DNA of 64,000 bases from Octopus sinensis (lineage: Eukaryota). The stretch's first letter is position 1, and the number at the start of each line of letters is the position of its first letter. The notes under the pieces were generated by a model, which made no database searches, had not been told where the DNA came from, and was given only the letters and a program-made list of their open reading frames with translations. The DNA lies in assembly GCF_006345805.1 (NCBI RefSeq), contig NC_042998.1:36394001-36458000 (forward strand), written 5' to 3'. The position numbers were made by a program, and so were the translations under genes. Of this stretch, positions 1 through 13,954 are shown piece after piece.

Positions 1-69
1 AAGAGGAAGGCTGTCTGTGCAGAGCAAAGGATCTGGACGATCCCAGACAGAAGATAAACTGTTTTTACT

Positions 70-112
70 GATATTCGATGAGATGAGATTCCTCATCGAA
101 ACCGGTAATATT
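70..112 (+). ncRNA. Minimal type I hammerhead-like motif with altered core (TCGATGA)
   Basis: gatat-TCGATGA-gatgag(attc)ctcatc-GAAAC-cg-GTA-atatt. Stem I, a 6-bp stem II and a palindromic stem III (ACCGGT) are present, but C3/U4 read TC instead of CT. Confidence 0.45.
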
Positions 113-159
113 TTCTTCATATAGTTTTTAACACCGCCAACACCAGAAGAAATGGTCTA

Positions 160-968
160 GTGGGTCCACCAAAAACTCTTGTGAAGTCCCAAGAAGTCCA
201 TAAGAAGAACAAGTCTGGAACCCAGATTCCTCCAATGACAGTTTGGTACATCCTGAGGAAACGCTTGCTAATGAAACCTTACAAACTGCAACTCGTTCAG
301 GCCATAACAGCAGATGACAAGCGAAAGTGCATCAATTTTGTGTTGATATGCAAGAGAAGCTTGAAGAAACCGGCTTCAAGTAACGTCTTGTTTTATGCGA
401 TGAGGCCACATTTCATATAAATGGCAAAGTCACTAAGCATAATATTTACATTTGGAGCAGAGAAAATCCCCATGCCACATTTGAGCATGAAAGGGATTCA
501 CCAAATTTGAATGTGTTCTGCGCTATTTCCAAGAAGCATATTCATGGCCTGTTTCTCTTTGAGGAAAATGTGACCGGCAATGTTTACCTGCAAATGCTTC
601 AGAACTGGATAATGGATGAGCTCATTGCAAATGAACATGAAGACTTCATTTTTCAACAGGACAGTGCTCCACTTCCCTGGGAGTTCACTGTGTGGGTTTA
701 TCTCAATGGCAATCGGCTAGGAAGATGGATCAGGCGTGCTGGTGATGAAGACAATATGCTGTTGCAATTTTTTCTCTGTATCTATGTGAAGGGTTTGGTC
801 TATATCCATACTCTTCCTGCAAACCTAGGGGAACTCAATCAGATAATCACTACTGCACTGGAGACTGTTACCCAAGACATGCTGCAGCGTGTTTGGGAAG
901 AGCTGGACTAACGACTTGACGTGGGCGTGTGCCGTGTCTCAGGCAGTGAGCAAACTGACCATTTGTGA
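160..968 (+). pseudogene. Tc1/mariner-superfamily transposase remnant
   Basis: Frameshifted ORFs give KPYKLQLVQA, NVFCAIS, FQQDSAP, GRWIRR, VY..P..L.EL...I and a YRLDV/DHL* type end. The WPPRSPDL motif is missing. Confidence 0.8.
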
Positions 969-1467
969 AATAGCCCATGTGGTGAAAATCATGGCAGCGT
1001 CAAAATCGACCCACTTACATATAAAGGCCATGATCCTGCCGACCTTCATTGTTGATCAATAAGACAGTTAATGTGTGTTATATCAGGGTTCGCAGTCGCT
1101 ATTTGTATAGTTTGCCATGGGTTGTTCAACAAGCTGGAGATCGTTTCTAATACAAATATGAGTCTCTTCAATAGAGTTCGATAATAATTCGGAATTTGTA
1201 TTGAGAGAGATCGATTGCTTTTTCAGTAAAATTTCTAATTGGTCGAACATTTCGCGCCCAATGATGCGAATTCGCCGTTACCAATGCCACATGCCAGGCG
1301 GAGTAGTGTGTTGGTAAATAATAGCTTGGTGCGAATCATCTCTCTTATGTTTTAGTGAGTCGATTTAGATTATGCGAAAATTTCGACAACGTGACCTGCT
1401 TTGATCAATAAGAGACAAAGCAGCGACAACCGATATAAATCCTTGAAGGATATGTGAATGATAACAT

Positions 1468-1542
1468 AAGTGTGTGTGTGTGTGTGTGTGTAAGTTTGAA
1501 TCGAAAAGTTTGCCAGAAATCTCGTACACACACGCGCACACA

Positions 1543-1625
<83 letters not shown>
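1468..1625. repeat. (GT)n / (CA)n microsatellites
   Basis: Direct dinucleotide runs; they explain the VCVC/HTHT ORFs. Confidence 0.95.
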
Positions 1626-1627
<2 letters not shown>

Positions 1628-3002
1628 ACAGTCATGTCAATTTTAAAGATAAGAGTATACCGATAATTAAATGATATTTCCGTTTATTTAATCAATTACA
1701 ATTCAAACTACGTATCAATTAACAGAATTACTTTTTCGAATTTTAAATGATAGTTTAAACATGAAAATTTTAATTGGCATAATATAATTATTGACAGAAT
1801 TAATAAAGCCACAAGTATGAATGTCATTTAATTTAAAAACATGCTAATAAAAAGTACTTTAATTTCAATATTAGATGTTATACTCTATCTAATTAAGAAA
1901 TACTATTAATAATTATTTCATTATATCATCCTAAGATCTGTTGTGATGGATAAACAAAAAAACTCATTAACAGAGATAATTGTCTATGTCAGCTGAAATG
2001 AACTCTTTCGTCCATTGGTTGCGGAATTCGATCCTTTGTAGTTATTTTTTCAGCATGCTTAATGAAGCCTTCCCAGACCTCGATCAGAACAATGCATTCA
2101 CGTTTTGTTAATGAAGAACAGGGAAGTACCTTCGACCTATTTTGAATGAGGTTCGACTGAAATACCAAATGAAACTTGGTGTTTACCATTAAAATTCGAC
2201 TAAAGTTTTAGTTTGTGAAAAACTAGACGTCCTCGCACTCAAAGAACCGAACGTTTTAAAATGTACAACGAGAGAGGGTTGTACTAGTCTGTCGGATGTA
2301 ATAGGTGGAGGTCTAATGTTTACAGCTTTCAGTTTCACATTCAAATGTGTAACTTATATTCATCATTAATGTAAACCCACGCACAAAGTATTTCTATTAA
2401 TCTGCAGTAATCGTCTTGTCTTTCATTTTGTTCAACACACCTGTTGTATCCATGTAAAAACTCCCCACTAGTGATTTTCTGCCATTATAGGAGTTTCTAT
2501 GTCTCAGGATAACCTCTTTGTAGGATTCTAGGGATTTCAGGATCCAACAGGTATGGTAATTCAGTGACCAGTAATACTTCTATACTAGACTGAATTATGC
2601 AAGAGAAGGCTGCCTTCAGACAGTTGTCTGTAGAATTCTTTTCATTTGCTAGCACCTCGTTCTGCCTACCCAGTCCTCAAATTTCGAACATCTGCAATTA
2701 ATGTAAGCCCATTGTAAGTTAGGCCTGGTGTGGATAGGGAAATGCTAGAACAGAGACGTGTAAACCTGTGCTATGAGCAAGAGGTAGGATGAAGGGGAGC
2801 ATCAGTCAGATTTCTTCCGAGCAAAAAATAAAGATATAAATTCTTCTGGCTAGGTAAATGCTGGTGTGCAAAATGTGAACACATTTTGACAGAGAAATCA
2901 GTAGATAACGTAATGAAGGTCAGTGTGTGTTGTAGGATAATTGAGCTTATATTACTATTGGAGAACATACCACCACGCAACTAGAATGCATTCTCTTTTG
3001 CT

Positions 3003-3290
3003 TCTTGTGGAAAGGATGCGTCCCGATGGTCAGGCGATCCATTTGCTGTCAACACCCGTTAAAAGGAGGGCTGAGCATGCCGTGGTTGATGATGCGCAGA
3101 CACGCGCTGAGACTGCGACATCTCCGGCTCTACGAACACGACGATGAACAGGTGTGGTCGCCGTTTGTGAGGCACGCTTTCCCGCAGCTCGTCTCCATGA
3201 CCGAACTGCAGTCGTGGATTAAATTGAAGCCGAGGAAGGGCGAATGGCACCGCGAGTGTTGCGTTGCTCTCAAGCAACTATGAGGTCCCG
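3003..3290 (+). mobile_element. Internal ORF2 fragment of a Tx1/L1-clade LINE
   Basis: GxxMPWLMMRRHALRLRHL matches GLGMPWLMMRKHALRLRHL in the long LINE at about 52040-52095. Confidence 0.8.
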
Positions 3291-3462
3291 GCATATCAAT
3301 TAGCAGCTGCTAACTACCTGGAACCCACAAGAGTAAAAAGAGAGACAGAGACAGGCCTAGAAAAAAGAAAATGTCCCTTGCGTTTGAAAACTATGGAAAT
3401 ATTTTTAAAAAACATTTCATTTAATTTTCCCACGATTTAATTGTTTTTCATGCTTTACTCCA

Positions 3463-3496
3463 AGTTGAAAAAGTCGCAAAGACTGAAACCGGTACT
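3463..3496 (+). ncRNA. Hammerhead-like motif, U3-A8 variant, weak stem I
   Basis: ag-TTGAAAA-agtc(gcaaa)gact-GAAAC-cg-GTA-ct. Stem I has only 2 bp. Confidence 0.3.
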
Positions 3497-3554
3497 AACA
3501 TGTTCTTCCTGACAAAATTATTTTAGCATTTTCTACCTTGTGTTATTTTCCTTA

Positions 3555-3564
3555 CATATATATA

Positions 3565-3640
<76 letters not shown>

Positions 3641-3654
3641 CATAGAGATACACG

Positions 3655-3689
<35 letters not shown>

Positions 3690-3770
3690 TATATATATGT
3701 ATATATATATATTTAGCACAGACACACACACAACACACATATATATTATATATATATATGCGTATGCGCT
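3555..3770. repeat. (TA)n microsatellite (another at about 4245-4400)
   Basis: Direct. Confidence 0.95.
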
Positions 3771-4261
3771 TGTGTGTGCGTGTTGGTGTGTTCTCATGTA
3801 TGTAGATTCCATATAAGCACATATAAAAATGAAAGATAAAAAAGACAAGAGCATAATTAAATGCGTATATTATAGAAAAAAATATTTTAAAAACACCTCT
3901 TCTCAAGATAATGGATGTTTGTAATATATCTAATAGAAAGAAACCAAACAAATGCTAAAATAGCATATATTACTTTACATATAGCGATATTATATTATCT
4001 AAAATGTGTTATTATTTCAGAGGTTTCATGTGGGAGACAATATATTTATGGAGAAGACAGCAATTTACTTCATAAACAATGCCTATATTTAAAATTATTA
4101 ATGCCGTTGAAGCAGGATTACAAGACATTAACAGAAAAAGAAAAAAAAGTTATTGGTTCTTTTGCTGATTAGGGGACATCGATTATTAATTTTAAATTGA
4201 AAGAATATTAGGATATTGCAAATTCTATCTAAATACTTATATGTATAAATATATGTGTATG

Positions 4262-4370
<109 letters not shown>

Positions 4371-4411
4371 TACACACATGCGTGTATATATAAATGTATA
4401 TATCTTACAGT

Positions 4412-4485
4412 TGTTTCAGTCATTTGACTATGGCCATGCTGGGGCATCTCCTTGAAAAATTTTAGCCGAGCGAATCTACCCAAGT
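4412..4485 (+). repeat. Interspersed repeat 'cagtcatttgactgcggccatgctgg' (other copies about 21800-21870 and 23135-23290)
   Basis: The same motif recurs at least four times in the window; class not determined. Confidence 0.6.
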
Positions 4486-4620
4486 ACTTATATATTTAAA
4501 GCTTAGTATTTATTCCACCTTTTTCTTTTGCTCGAACCGCTGGGTCCCGGGGTCTAAAACACACGACCTCCGGTTGTCAAGCGGTGTTGGGTGACAAGGA
4601 TGGTCTCAAAGTCACACACG

Positions 4621-4669
<49 letters not shown>

Positions 4670-4699
4670 AGACACACACACACACACCTATGCACGATG

Positions 4700-4790
4700 C
4701 TCGTCTTTCAGTTTCCGTCTACGAAATCCAATTACAAGGCTCTTGGTCTGCCTGAGGCTATACTAGAAGTCCACGCAGATGTGGTTCCTT
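4700..4790 (-). mobile_element. SINE family 2, partial copy
   Basis: Reverse complement of the 'tagacggaaactgaaagaag' tail seen at 9152-9310 and 25977-26138. Confidence 0.55.
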
Positions 4791-6613
4791 CTTACTCCAA
4801 AGTCACATTAATTTTACAGAAGAACAGAAGATAATATGTTTCTTATCACTTATTTCTTAAAATATTCTTTCCATTGTAGGCTCAAGGCATCTATTAAAAG
4901 TACGTCACAAGAGACGTGCATCATATGACGTCATTATGTCGATAGTAAGTGGCCTCTCGTTACCTTTCTTGGGCAGGCATCTGCCCGGGATCAAGAAGCC
5001 GGCTTCGGCATGTAAGCATCTCCTCTCTAAGCCACAGATATTTCTCAAAGGAAAACTCCATTGCAACAGTGTCGTTCTAGGTGTCACTCCCAGGTCATAT
5101 AGAATCAGAACAGATATCACAAAGTATCTTCACCGAAACAATTCTATCAATCCATTGCCCTGGATTGCCGAGTTCGTATTTTTATGGATCAAATGAATGA
5201 CTGCTAAAATTGACCTGAGAGGAACTTGAAATCACAAGAAAGGAAGTTCACATCACCCATTAAAGTTTGCCGGAATTAATAATTTAGTAAACGTGATCAA
5301 CTCGCAAAATAATTAGCACTCCGCGAAAATAATTGCATGTATTTGTATGTGTGTGTATGTATGTATATAATATAATGAACCAGTGGCAAAGAAAGAATAT
5401 ACACGAAGCACTGCTTTTACTGTTAAATAATTAGCACTTAGCGAAAATTCTTCGGACTGAGTCGAGAGTTCAATTTCCACTGCGGTCGATTTGCCTTTCA
5501 TCAATAAATAACTTCAAATCAAGTAGCGGGGTCGATGAAAAACAGTTGCCCCCACTCTTCCAAATTTTAGGGCCTTGGGTAATGATCTGCTTTGTAAATC
5601 ATATGAAACTGAAATATTGTATTCAATAATAGAAAATATGCTCGAATGTTTTCGGTAGATAACAATGTTATGAAAGGAAAATATGCAGCATAATTTTCGT
5701 TGGACTAATCAGTCACTATTTGCAGGTTTGTACATTTCTACAAACTGTCAAAGTCAAATGAACTCAGTAGAGTCGATCTTTCTTCGAGTTATGGAACTGA
5801 CTACGCTTGAAATAGCATGCATGATGAGAAATCGGAATTCTGTATACTGGCTTCAGCAAGAATGCAATCGAAATTAAGTTGTTGACGCCGAGAGCTTAAT
5901 ACTTTCCAACGGCGCCTCCACAAATCCATTAGAGTAGAATAAAGATATAGAATAGAATTCAGTGGAAATATGATACACCAACAAAATACTTGAATATTTC
6001 ATATTTATTCATGCATGTATCATGTTCTGAAAATTTTGGTTTTTATTACCAAAGTAGTAAATGGTAAAAAATACACAATGTGCATGATTCCTTCATTCAT
6101 TCACTTTGTCTCACTTAGTTTCTCTATCAGTTTTTTTCTTTCGTTTTATGCCAATGTATGTGAGTAAGAAGCCACATATGCAGAGGAACATATTTATAGG
6201 TATTCATAAACACACACACACAAACTCACATGCATGCATTCATATATGCATATGCAAATACTTATACGCACACACACACATACATATACACGCACGTGAT
6301 TAAATTAACCAATCACGTATGTGAGTGTGTTTACATTGTGCTTGCATTTGCATAAGTGAGGATATATGAGATGTATGCCGGAATTTATCAAAGTATACAT
6401 ACATCGTTAGTTCGGCTGTCGCTATAGACGATGACCAAGGACATCGCATGGGTGAAGAAGACAGGGCATGGTGTGTCCAGTTGGGGGCCGATCAGTCCGA
6501 TACGTTGAGTCCCGTGCAACAGTAATAGCAGTGCTTCGTGTATATTCTTTCTTTGCCACCGGTTCATTATATTATATACATACACACACACATACAAATA
6601 CATGCATATATAC

Positions 6614-6644
<31 letters not shown>

Positions 6645-7340
6645 CATACATACATACATACATACATTCTTGTTTACATACATACATACACGCACATACA
6701 TACATCAATGTAGGCACACCTATATTTACACCTCAAACTTTTACCTGCAGAGAAAATAAAAGATACTCTTCTCTATAGTTGACAGGTAGTAATTTTCACT
6801 AATATATGTATAGACGAGATCGCTTTTTTGGTGAATCTAGATGATTCAGATATATACGAAATACGATATTAAAATCTTGAAGCCAGCAAACGCAACATAA
6901 ATTATGTAGCTAAATGAAAATCAGTCTTTAGTTCAACAGTGGCTGACAAAATGACTATTCAGCGAAACACCCGTTTACTTGAGATAGATATCACATGTCC
7001 ATTTTACACCGTATACAAAGACCATAATTCCTGAGAATTTAATTCTGAAATGGATAAAGTCATTGTACCAGCTATCTGCTGAGTTGCTAAGGAGAAGTAC
7101 TCTCAATAATTAAATATTGCTTAGCTAAAACATAACTTGAATGTCTCCGTTAATGTCCATATCTAGCCTACACACACACACATTTATATACATAAGGAAA
7201 CATATATGTATGCGTGTGTATATAAACATATGCATATATATATATATACATGCACACACACGCGCATATATGAATCCATACGTAATGAATATGCAGATTT
7301 ATTGATATATTTGTACACAGTTGTGCATATAAACATACAT

Positions 7341-7429
<89 letters not shown>

Positions 7430-7438
<9 letters not shown>

Positions 7439-9118
7439 ATGTGTGTGTGTGTGTATAAATACACATACAACACACACACATATATACATACATATCAGAA
7501 TGCAAGTTATGCACATACAAAATTGATATATATATATATATACACATATGTGTCTGTGTGTGTTTGTGTGTTTGTATGTACGTGGGTATATATATATAGA
7601 TATATATATATCCATCCATACTCGCATATATCCCACAAACATACATCATGTATATGTCGCGATTCTTTTGTGTTTTTGCATGTTTATTCTGTGCCCGGGG
7701 GAAATTTGTAACAAATTTTCAACAGCACTTTAGCCGTTCTTCAAAAGCGTAATATAATAAAATATGACACAAATGTTTCGCAACAATATTATTATATGAG
7801 AATTAGTTGTTCCATATTGTTCCTTTGATCATTTCTGCTTCTCCTGTATACTCGTAAATCTGAAAATTGTATTTTATAATATATTTCAATTAGCTGACTA
7901 CAAATACTGTTCATATTTGGGTTCGTGGTAATATCTTTATGTCAATAGTTATAGATGATTTTTTTACATTTATAGGACAATTAAAATGAAATAAAATATA
8001 TTTATTTGAAAATTGCCATTATAAAATCATATAATCTGTAACTTTAATAATAATTATTAGAAATAATCTCTTTTATAATGATCAAGAGAAATGCATGACA
8101 CGATGCTTCCTATGACCCTACTAACAAATATTATGATGTCGTATCGTATAATATATCAACGAAAAATTTCCATTTTATTTTCTTACGTATTTTCACAGAT
8201 TTACAATGTTACAAAGCATAAGAATTGATATCATTATTCGAAAACAAGTCTTCTCTTTATATATATATATTATATATATATATATATATGTGTGTGTATG
8301 TATATGTGTGTGTGTGTATAAATACACATACAAACACACACACATATATACACACATATCAGAATGCAAGTTATGCACATACAAAATTGATATATATATA
8401 TATATACACATATGTGTCTGTGTGTTTGTGTGTTTGTATGTACGTGGGTATATATATATAGATATATATATATCCATCCATACTCGCATATATCCCACAA
8501 ACATACATCATGTATATGTCGCGATTCTTTTGTGTTTTTGCATGTTTATTCTGTGCCCGGGGGAAATTTGTAACAAATTTTCAACAGCACTTTAGCCGTT
8601 CTTCAAAAGCGTAATATAATAAAATATGACACAAATGTTTCGCAACAATATTATTATATGAGAATTAGTTGTTCCATATTGTTCCTTTGATCATTTCTGC
8701 TTCTCCTGTATACTCGTAAATCTGAAAATTGTATTTTATAATAATATTTCAATTAGCTGACTACAAATACTGTTCATATTTGGGTTCGTGGTAATATCTT
8801 TATGTCAATAGTTATAGATGATTTTTTTACATTTATAGGACAATAAAAAATGAAATAAAATATATTTATTTGAAAATTGCCATTATAAAATCATATAATC
8901 TGTAACTTTAATAATAATTATTAGAAATAATCTCTTTTATAATGATCAAGAGAAATGCATGACACGATGCTTCCTATGACCCTACTAACAAATATTATGA
9001 TGTCGTATCGTATAATATATCAACGAAAAATTTCCATTTTATTTTCTTACGTATTTTCACAGATTTACAATGTTACAAAGCATAAGAATTGATATCATTA
9101 TTCGAAAACAAGTCTTCT

Positions 9119-9135
<17 letters not shown>
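7430..9135 (+). repeat. 864-bp near-identical tandem duplication bounded by (TA)n
   Basis: atcagaatgc at 7494 and 8358, gaaaaatttc at 8161 and 9025; both offsets are 864. Confidence 0.9.
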
Positions 9136-9151
<16 letters not shown>

Positions 9152-9154
<3 letters not shown>

Positions 9155-9310
9155 GCGTGGCTGTGTGGAAAGAAATTTCCTTCCCAACCACACGATTCCG
9201 GGTTTCTTTCTACTGAGTGGAACCTTGGGCAGGTGTTTTCAGGTATAGCCTTGTGCCTATCAAAGCTTTATGAACAGACTTGTTAGACGGAAACTGAAAG
9301 AAGCTTGGCA
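9152..9310 (+). mobile_element. tRNA-derived SINE family 2
   Basis: ggcgtggctgtgtgg head and tagacggaaactgaaagaag tail; several copies in the window, usually next to (TA)n. Confidence 0.7.
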
Positions 9311-9329
9311 TTAGTGAATAAAATCGTCA

Positions 9330-10182
9330 TGATTGGCCGCTAACTCCACAAGTTTTTTTTTAATTCTCTCTCTGTTTATTTTCTTTTGCACATTTATCGA
9401 GGCCAAATTGCATTCTGATGTCATCGCTGAATTGTTTACAATCGTTAGTAAGCCCTTGAGTTGATGGTCATTTTTTGCAAAGAGCTTTAAATCATCCATG
9501 TAAATGAGATGATTTATATTTTTATCAAACATTTTATATCCGTACTGTGCGTCATTGAGCAATTTTGAGAGAGGTATTAAGGCTAAACAAAAGAGGAGTG
9601 GTGATAGTGAGTCACCCTGGAAAATGCCACATGAAAATTTTACATCACCAGCATTTAGAGATTCATTGTCACTGTTCAAAGTTAGTGTGGTTCTCCATAA
9701 TCTCATACTTACAGGCAAAAAGTTTCGCAGTGTAGGTGCTATTTTATACATTTCCAGGCATTTCTTAATCCAGCTATGTGGTAGGCTATCAAAAGCCTTT
9801 TTATAGTTTATCCAGGCTATCGACAAGTTTTTGTGTCGTTTGTGACAATCTTCTAAGATCGTCTTATTGATGAGTAGTTGATCTTTACAACCATAGGATC
9901 CACGTTTACATCCTTTCTGTTCATTCGGGAATATGCTGCTGTCTGTTAAAAAACTATAGGTATATTCCGTCAGGACAGATGTTAGCGTTTTATACATAGT
10001 TGTTAAGCAGCTTATAGGTCTATAGTTTTTTGGTTCATTTGTTTCTTCACTTTTTGGGAGCAGGAATGTTAACCCATTAACTAGCCAAGGAGGCATTTTA
10101 CTAGGGTGTTGCAAAACATCATTGTACAGTTCTGTTAGCAGTTCATGGCTCTCTGGGAAGGCGTTCAACCAGAAGTTAGGAA
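9330..10182 (-). pseudogene. R4/Dong-clade non-LTR retrotransposon reverse transcriptase fragment
   Basis: NYRPISCL, EQKGC..G..GCKDQLLI, AWINYKKAFDSLPH, GIFQGDSLSPLLFCLAL, HLIYMDDLKL, then frameshifted FSDDIRMQFGLDKCAK. Confidence 0.85.
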
Positions 10183-10208
10183 TTATTATTATTATTATTA
10201 TTATTATT

Positions 10209-10566
10209 CTATGTTTGACTTTTGCTTTATGTCTGTACAAGTTGGCTCCAAGTCTCACCCAGAGACCTCAAGAGACAACAGGTTGGAAGTTCACGTTGTT
10301 GTTATGCCTAATGTGCCATGTATTTGGGGTTTTTTTGGTGTTGTACTAGTGAATGTCTAATAAATAAATAAAAAAAAGAAAAAGTTTGTTTTAAACCTTG
10401 GGATTACATAGAGAGTATTTTGCGTAGGATATGAACAGTTCCCATGAGCACTATCTTTTGAATTTCTGGCATTTTGTGGTTTCCTGGTATCTGAGTTAAG
10501 TAGCAATCAGCCCCTTTCGCTATCATTCCCAGGGCACCTATGAAAACAGGTATTGTTTTAGTCTTC
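10209..10566 (-). mobile_element. R4/Dong-type 3' end (RLE C-terminus plus 3'UTR), family b
   Basis: Minus-strand translation LKTKTIPVFIGALGMI...IQKIVLMGTVHILRKILSM*, followed by a UTR and (TAA)n. Confidence 0.75.
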
Positions 10567-10584
10567 AAGTTATTATTATTATCA

Positions 10585-10647
<63 letters not shown>

Positions 10648-10649
<2 letters not shown>

Positions 10650-10944
10650 TAGTTTTATTTTTATAGCATGCTTTCACTTCACTACCGAGCGCAGCTCTGT
10701 GTGCCTTGGGTATGTGCTGTGATTTGTTGTGATGCTCTGATGGTTATTGTATGGAAAGTGTTCTGCGTAGGATGTGTGCAGTGCCTAGTAGTGCAATTTT
10801 CTGTATGTTATATGTGTTTGTAAGTCCTGGTGTTTTTGTTATGTATTTGTCTGAATATTTTTTTATCATGCCTAATGCACCTACTATGATAGGAATTGTT
10901 TCTGTTTTCAGATTTCACATTCTAGTTATCTCTATTTCCAGGTC

Positions 10945-10948
<4 letters not shown>
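10648..10948 (-). mobile_element. R4/Dong-type 3' end, family c
   Basis: KDLEIEITRMxNLKTETIPIIVGALG...IQKIALLGTAHILRRTLSIQ*, followed by a UTR and (TAA)n. Confidence 0.8.
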
Positions 10949-11597
<649 letters not shown>

Positions 11598-11661
11598 TTA
11601 TTATTATTGTTGTTGTTGTTGTTGTTGTTTTTATTTCTATTTTATTATTGTTATTATTATT

Positions 11662-11870
11662 TAGCTGGCTGAATCGCTAGCGTGCCGGGCAAAATGCGTG
11701 GCGGCATTTCGCTCGTCTTTACGTTCTGAGTTCAAATCTCGCCGAGGCGGACTTTGCTTTTCGTCCTTTCGGGGTCGATGACATAAGTACCAGTTGAGCG
11801 CTTGGGCCAATGTAATCGACTTCCCCACTTCATCGAAATTGCTGGCCCTGTGCCAAAATTTAGAATCATC
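11662..11870 (+). mobile_element. tRNA-derived SINE family 1 monomer (head-core-tail B)
   Basis: gctggc..aatcgctagc head, gagttcaaat B-box-like motif, core ending aatcgact; many copies in the window. Confidence 0.8.
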
Positions 11871-12764
11871 ATGCTTATTAGTATTAACAAAATCGATTGG
11901 AGTGGCCGTCATCATTATACATATACAAACAAATGCACACATACACGGATACACAGACACACATGTCTCTATGTGTATGTTTGATCTCTGTGAGGAGAGA
12001 AAAACATACTGACATATCGGTGAATGCATGAGAATGTATAATTTATGAACACTTCGTCGGCCAGCCTGCAATACTGAATTAGAATCTTCCTCAACGTTTC
12101 CGTATGATAGTAGCACTCACATTTCACGGTTCTTTCTAGTGAAATTGTTTAAACATTTTTGCTGAATAAAGATTTCTTAGGTGGAGATGAGATGCTTACC
12201 ACAACACTTCGCTCACTAACAGCGTGTGATTTATCAGAGCTGAAGAAATATAGGTTGGCTGTTCAATCACCGTCTAACTAAAGTAGAATTGATGTAAATG
12301 AAGAATGCTGGCTCATTGATCCTCTAATTAGTAGAGACGGTGGCACAGGCGATCTCATTACGTGACACGTCATCACATTCTCCACCCCGTCCCGACCAAC
12401 CTCTATCCATTATTTGCGTCAGCATTGTGTTGAGAATTAACCATGTTCCTGTGGGAATTTCTAAATAAATTCTCAGTGAAGGCTTTAATATTCTTCAAAG
12501 AATTTCGTTTGAAAGAACAACAGCGAGCAATGCGGTGTGATCGTAAATGGCGGAATGAAATCCAGGGCGAGGTGTAGATACAGCTTGCGTTTGATGCACT
12601 TCTCTACACAACCCCGTCCCTCCTCCTCAAATGCTCTTTTATAACAAGGATCCAATTAGCAGCTCAAAGAATATACCAACCCCACCACCACCACCACCAC
12701 CACCACCAATACTACTACTACTTCAGATAAGAACAACGACAACAACAGTCATAACCCTTTCTGT

Positions 12765-13308
12765 TAAAGGCACAAGACCTGGCTTTTAGGTGGAAGGGGA
12801 TGAGTTGATTACATCGACCCCGAAAGGATAAAAGACAAAACCAACCTCGGCCGAATTTGAACTCAGGACGTAAAGACGAACGAAATACCTATTTCTTTAC
12901 TACCCACAAGGGGCTAAACACAGAGAGGACAAACAAGGACAGACATACGGATTAAGTCGATTACATCAACCATAGTGTGTAATTGGTACTTATTTAATCG
13001 ACCCCGAAAGGATGAAAGACAAAATAGACCTCGGCGGAATTTGAACTCAGAACATTGCGGCAGACGAAATACCTATTTCTATTTCTTTACTACCCACAAG
13101 GGGCTAAACACAGAGGGGACAAACAAGGACAGACAAACGGATTAAGTCGATTACATAGATCCCAATGTGTAACTGGTACTTATTTAATCGTCCCCGAAAG
13201 GATGAAAGGCAAATTCGACCTCGGCGGAATTTGAACTCAGAACGTAGCGGCAGACGAAATACCGCTCAGCATTTCGCCCGGCATACTAACGATTCTGCCA
13301 GCTTGCCG
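12765..13308 (-). mobile_element. SINE family 1 trimer (head-core-A-core-A-core-B)
   Basis: Three cores separated by the 65-71 bp A segment (tacccacaaggggctaaacacagag on the + strand). Confidence 0.85.
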
Positions 13309-13629
13309 TCTCTATGGTTTCAAATTTTGGCACAAGTACAGCAGTGTCTGGTGATGGGGTTACTCGAATACACCGGCTCTAGTACTTGGCAGGTAACTGG
13401 AAGTTGAACTGAGTACGTAAAGACCCAGAAGAAACCCGCCTCTTTGATAATCATAATCATAATTCTTTGTCATTTTGACACAATTCCAGCAATTTCGAAG
13501 GGAAGGAAAGATCCGATTACATCAACTCTATTACGAGACTGGTAGTTTATGCTATGAACCCCGAAACGGTGATGATGGTGATGATGATGATGATGATGAT
13601 GGTGATAATGATAATGATAATAATATAAT

Positions 13630-13800
13630 CCTTTCTACTACAGCCACAAGGCTTAACGTTTTGCGAGAGGGGTCTAGTCGATTACATTGACTACAGTATA
13701 AAACTGGTACTTAACTTATCGACCCCGAAAGAAAAAGAGGCAAAGTCGACCTCGGCGGAATTTGACCTCAGAACGTAAAGACGAACGAAATGCCGCTCTA
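13630..13800 (-). mobile_element. SINE family 1 partial monomer
   Basis: cgaccccgaaag...gtcgacctcggcggaatttga core. Confidence 0.7.
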
Positions 13801-13893
13801 CAATTTCTCCGGCTTGCTAATGGTTCTCGACGAGACCCTTGGTATGTGGCTGAAATTCCCCATTGAAGTCGGCTCCCACCGCATTTCGACGGC

Positions 13894-13954
<61 letters not shown>

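Noticed and set aside
4879-4944. Possible host exon (tag|...|gtaagt)
   Set aside because: The splice-like signals could be chance; the open frame has no recognisable homology and there are no neighbouring exons.
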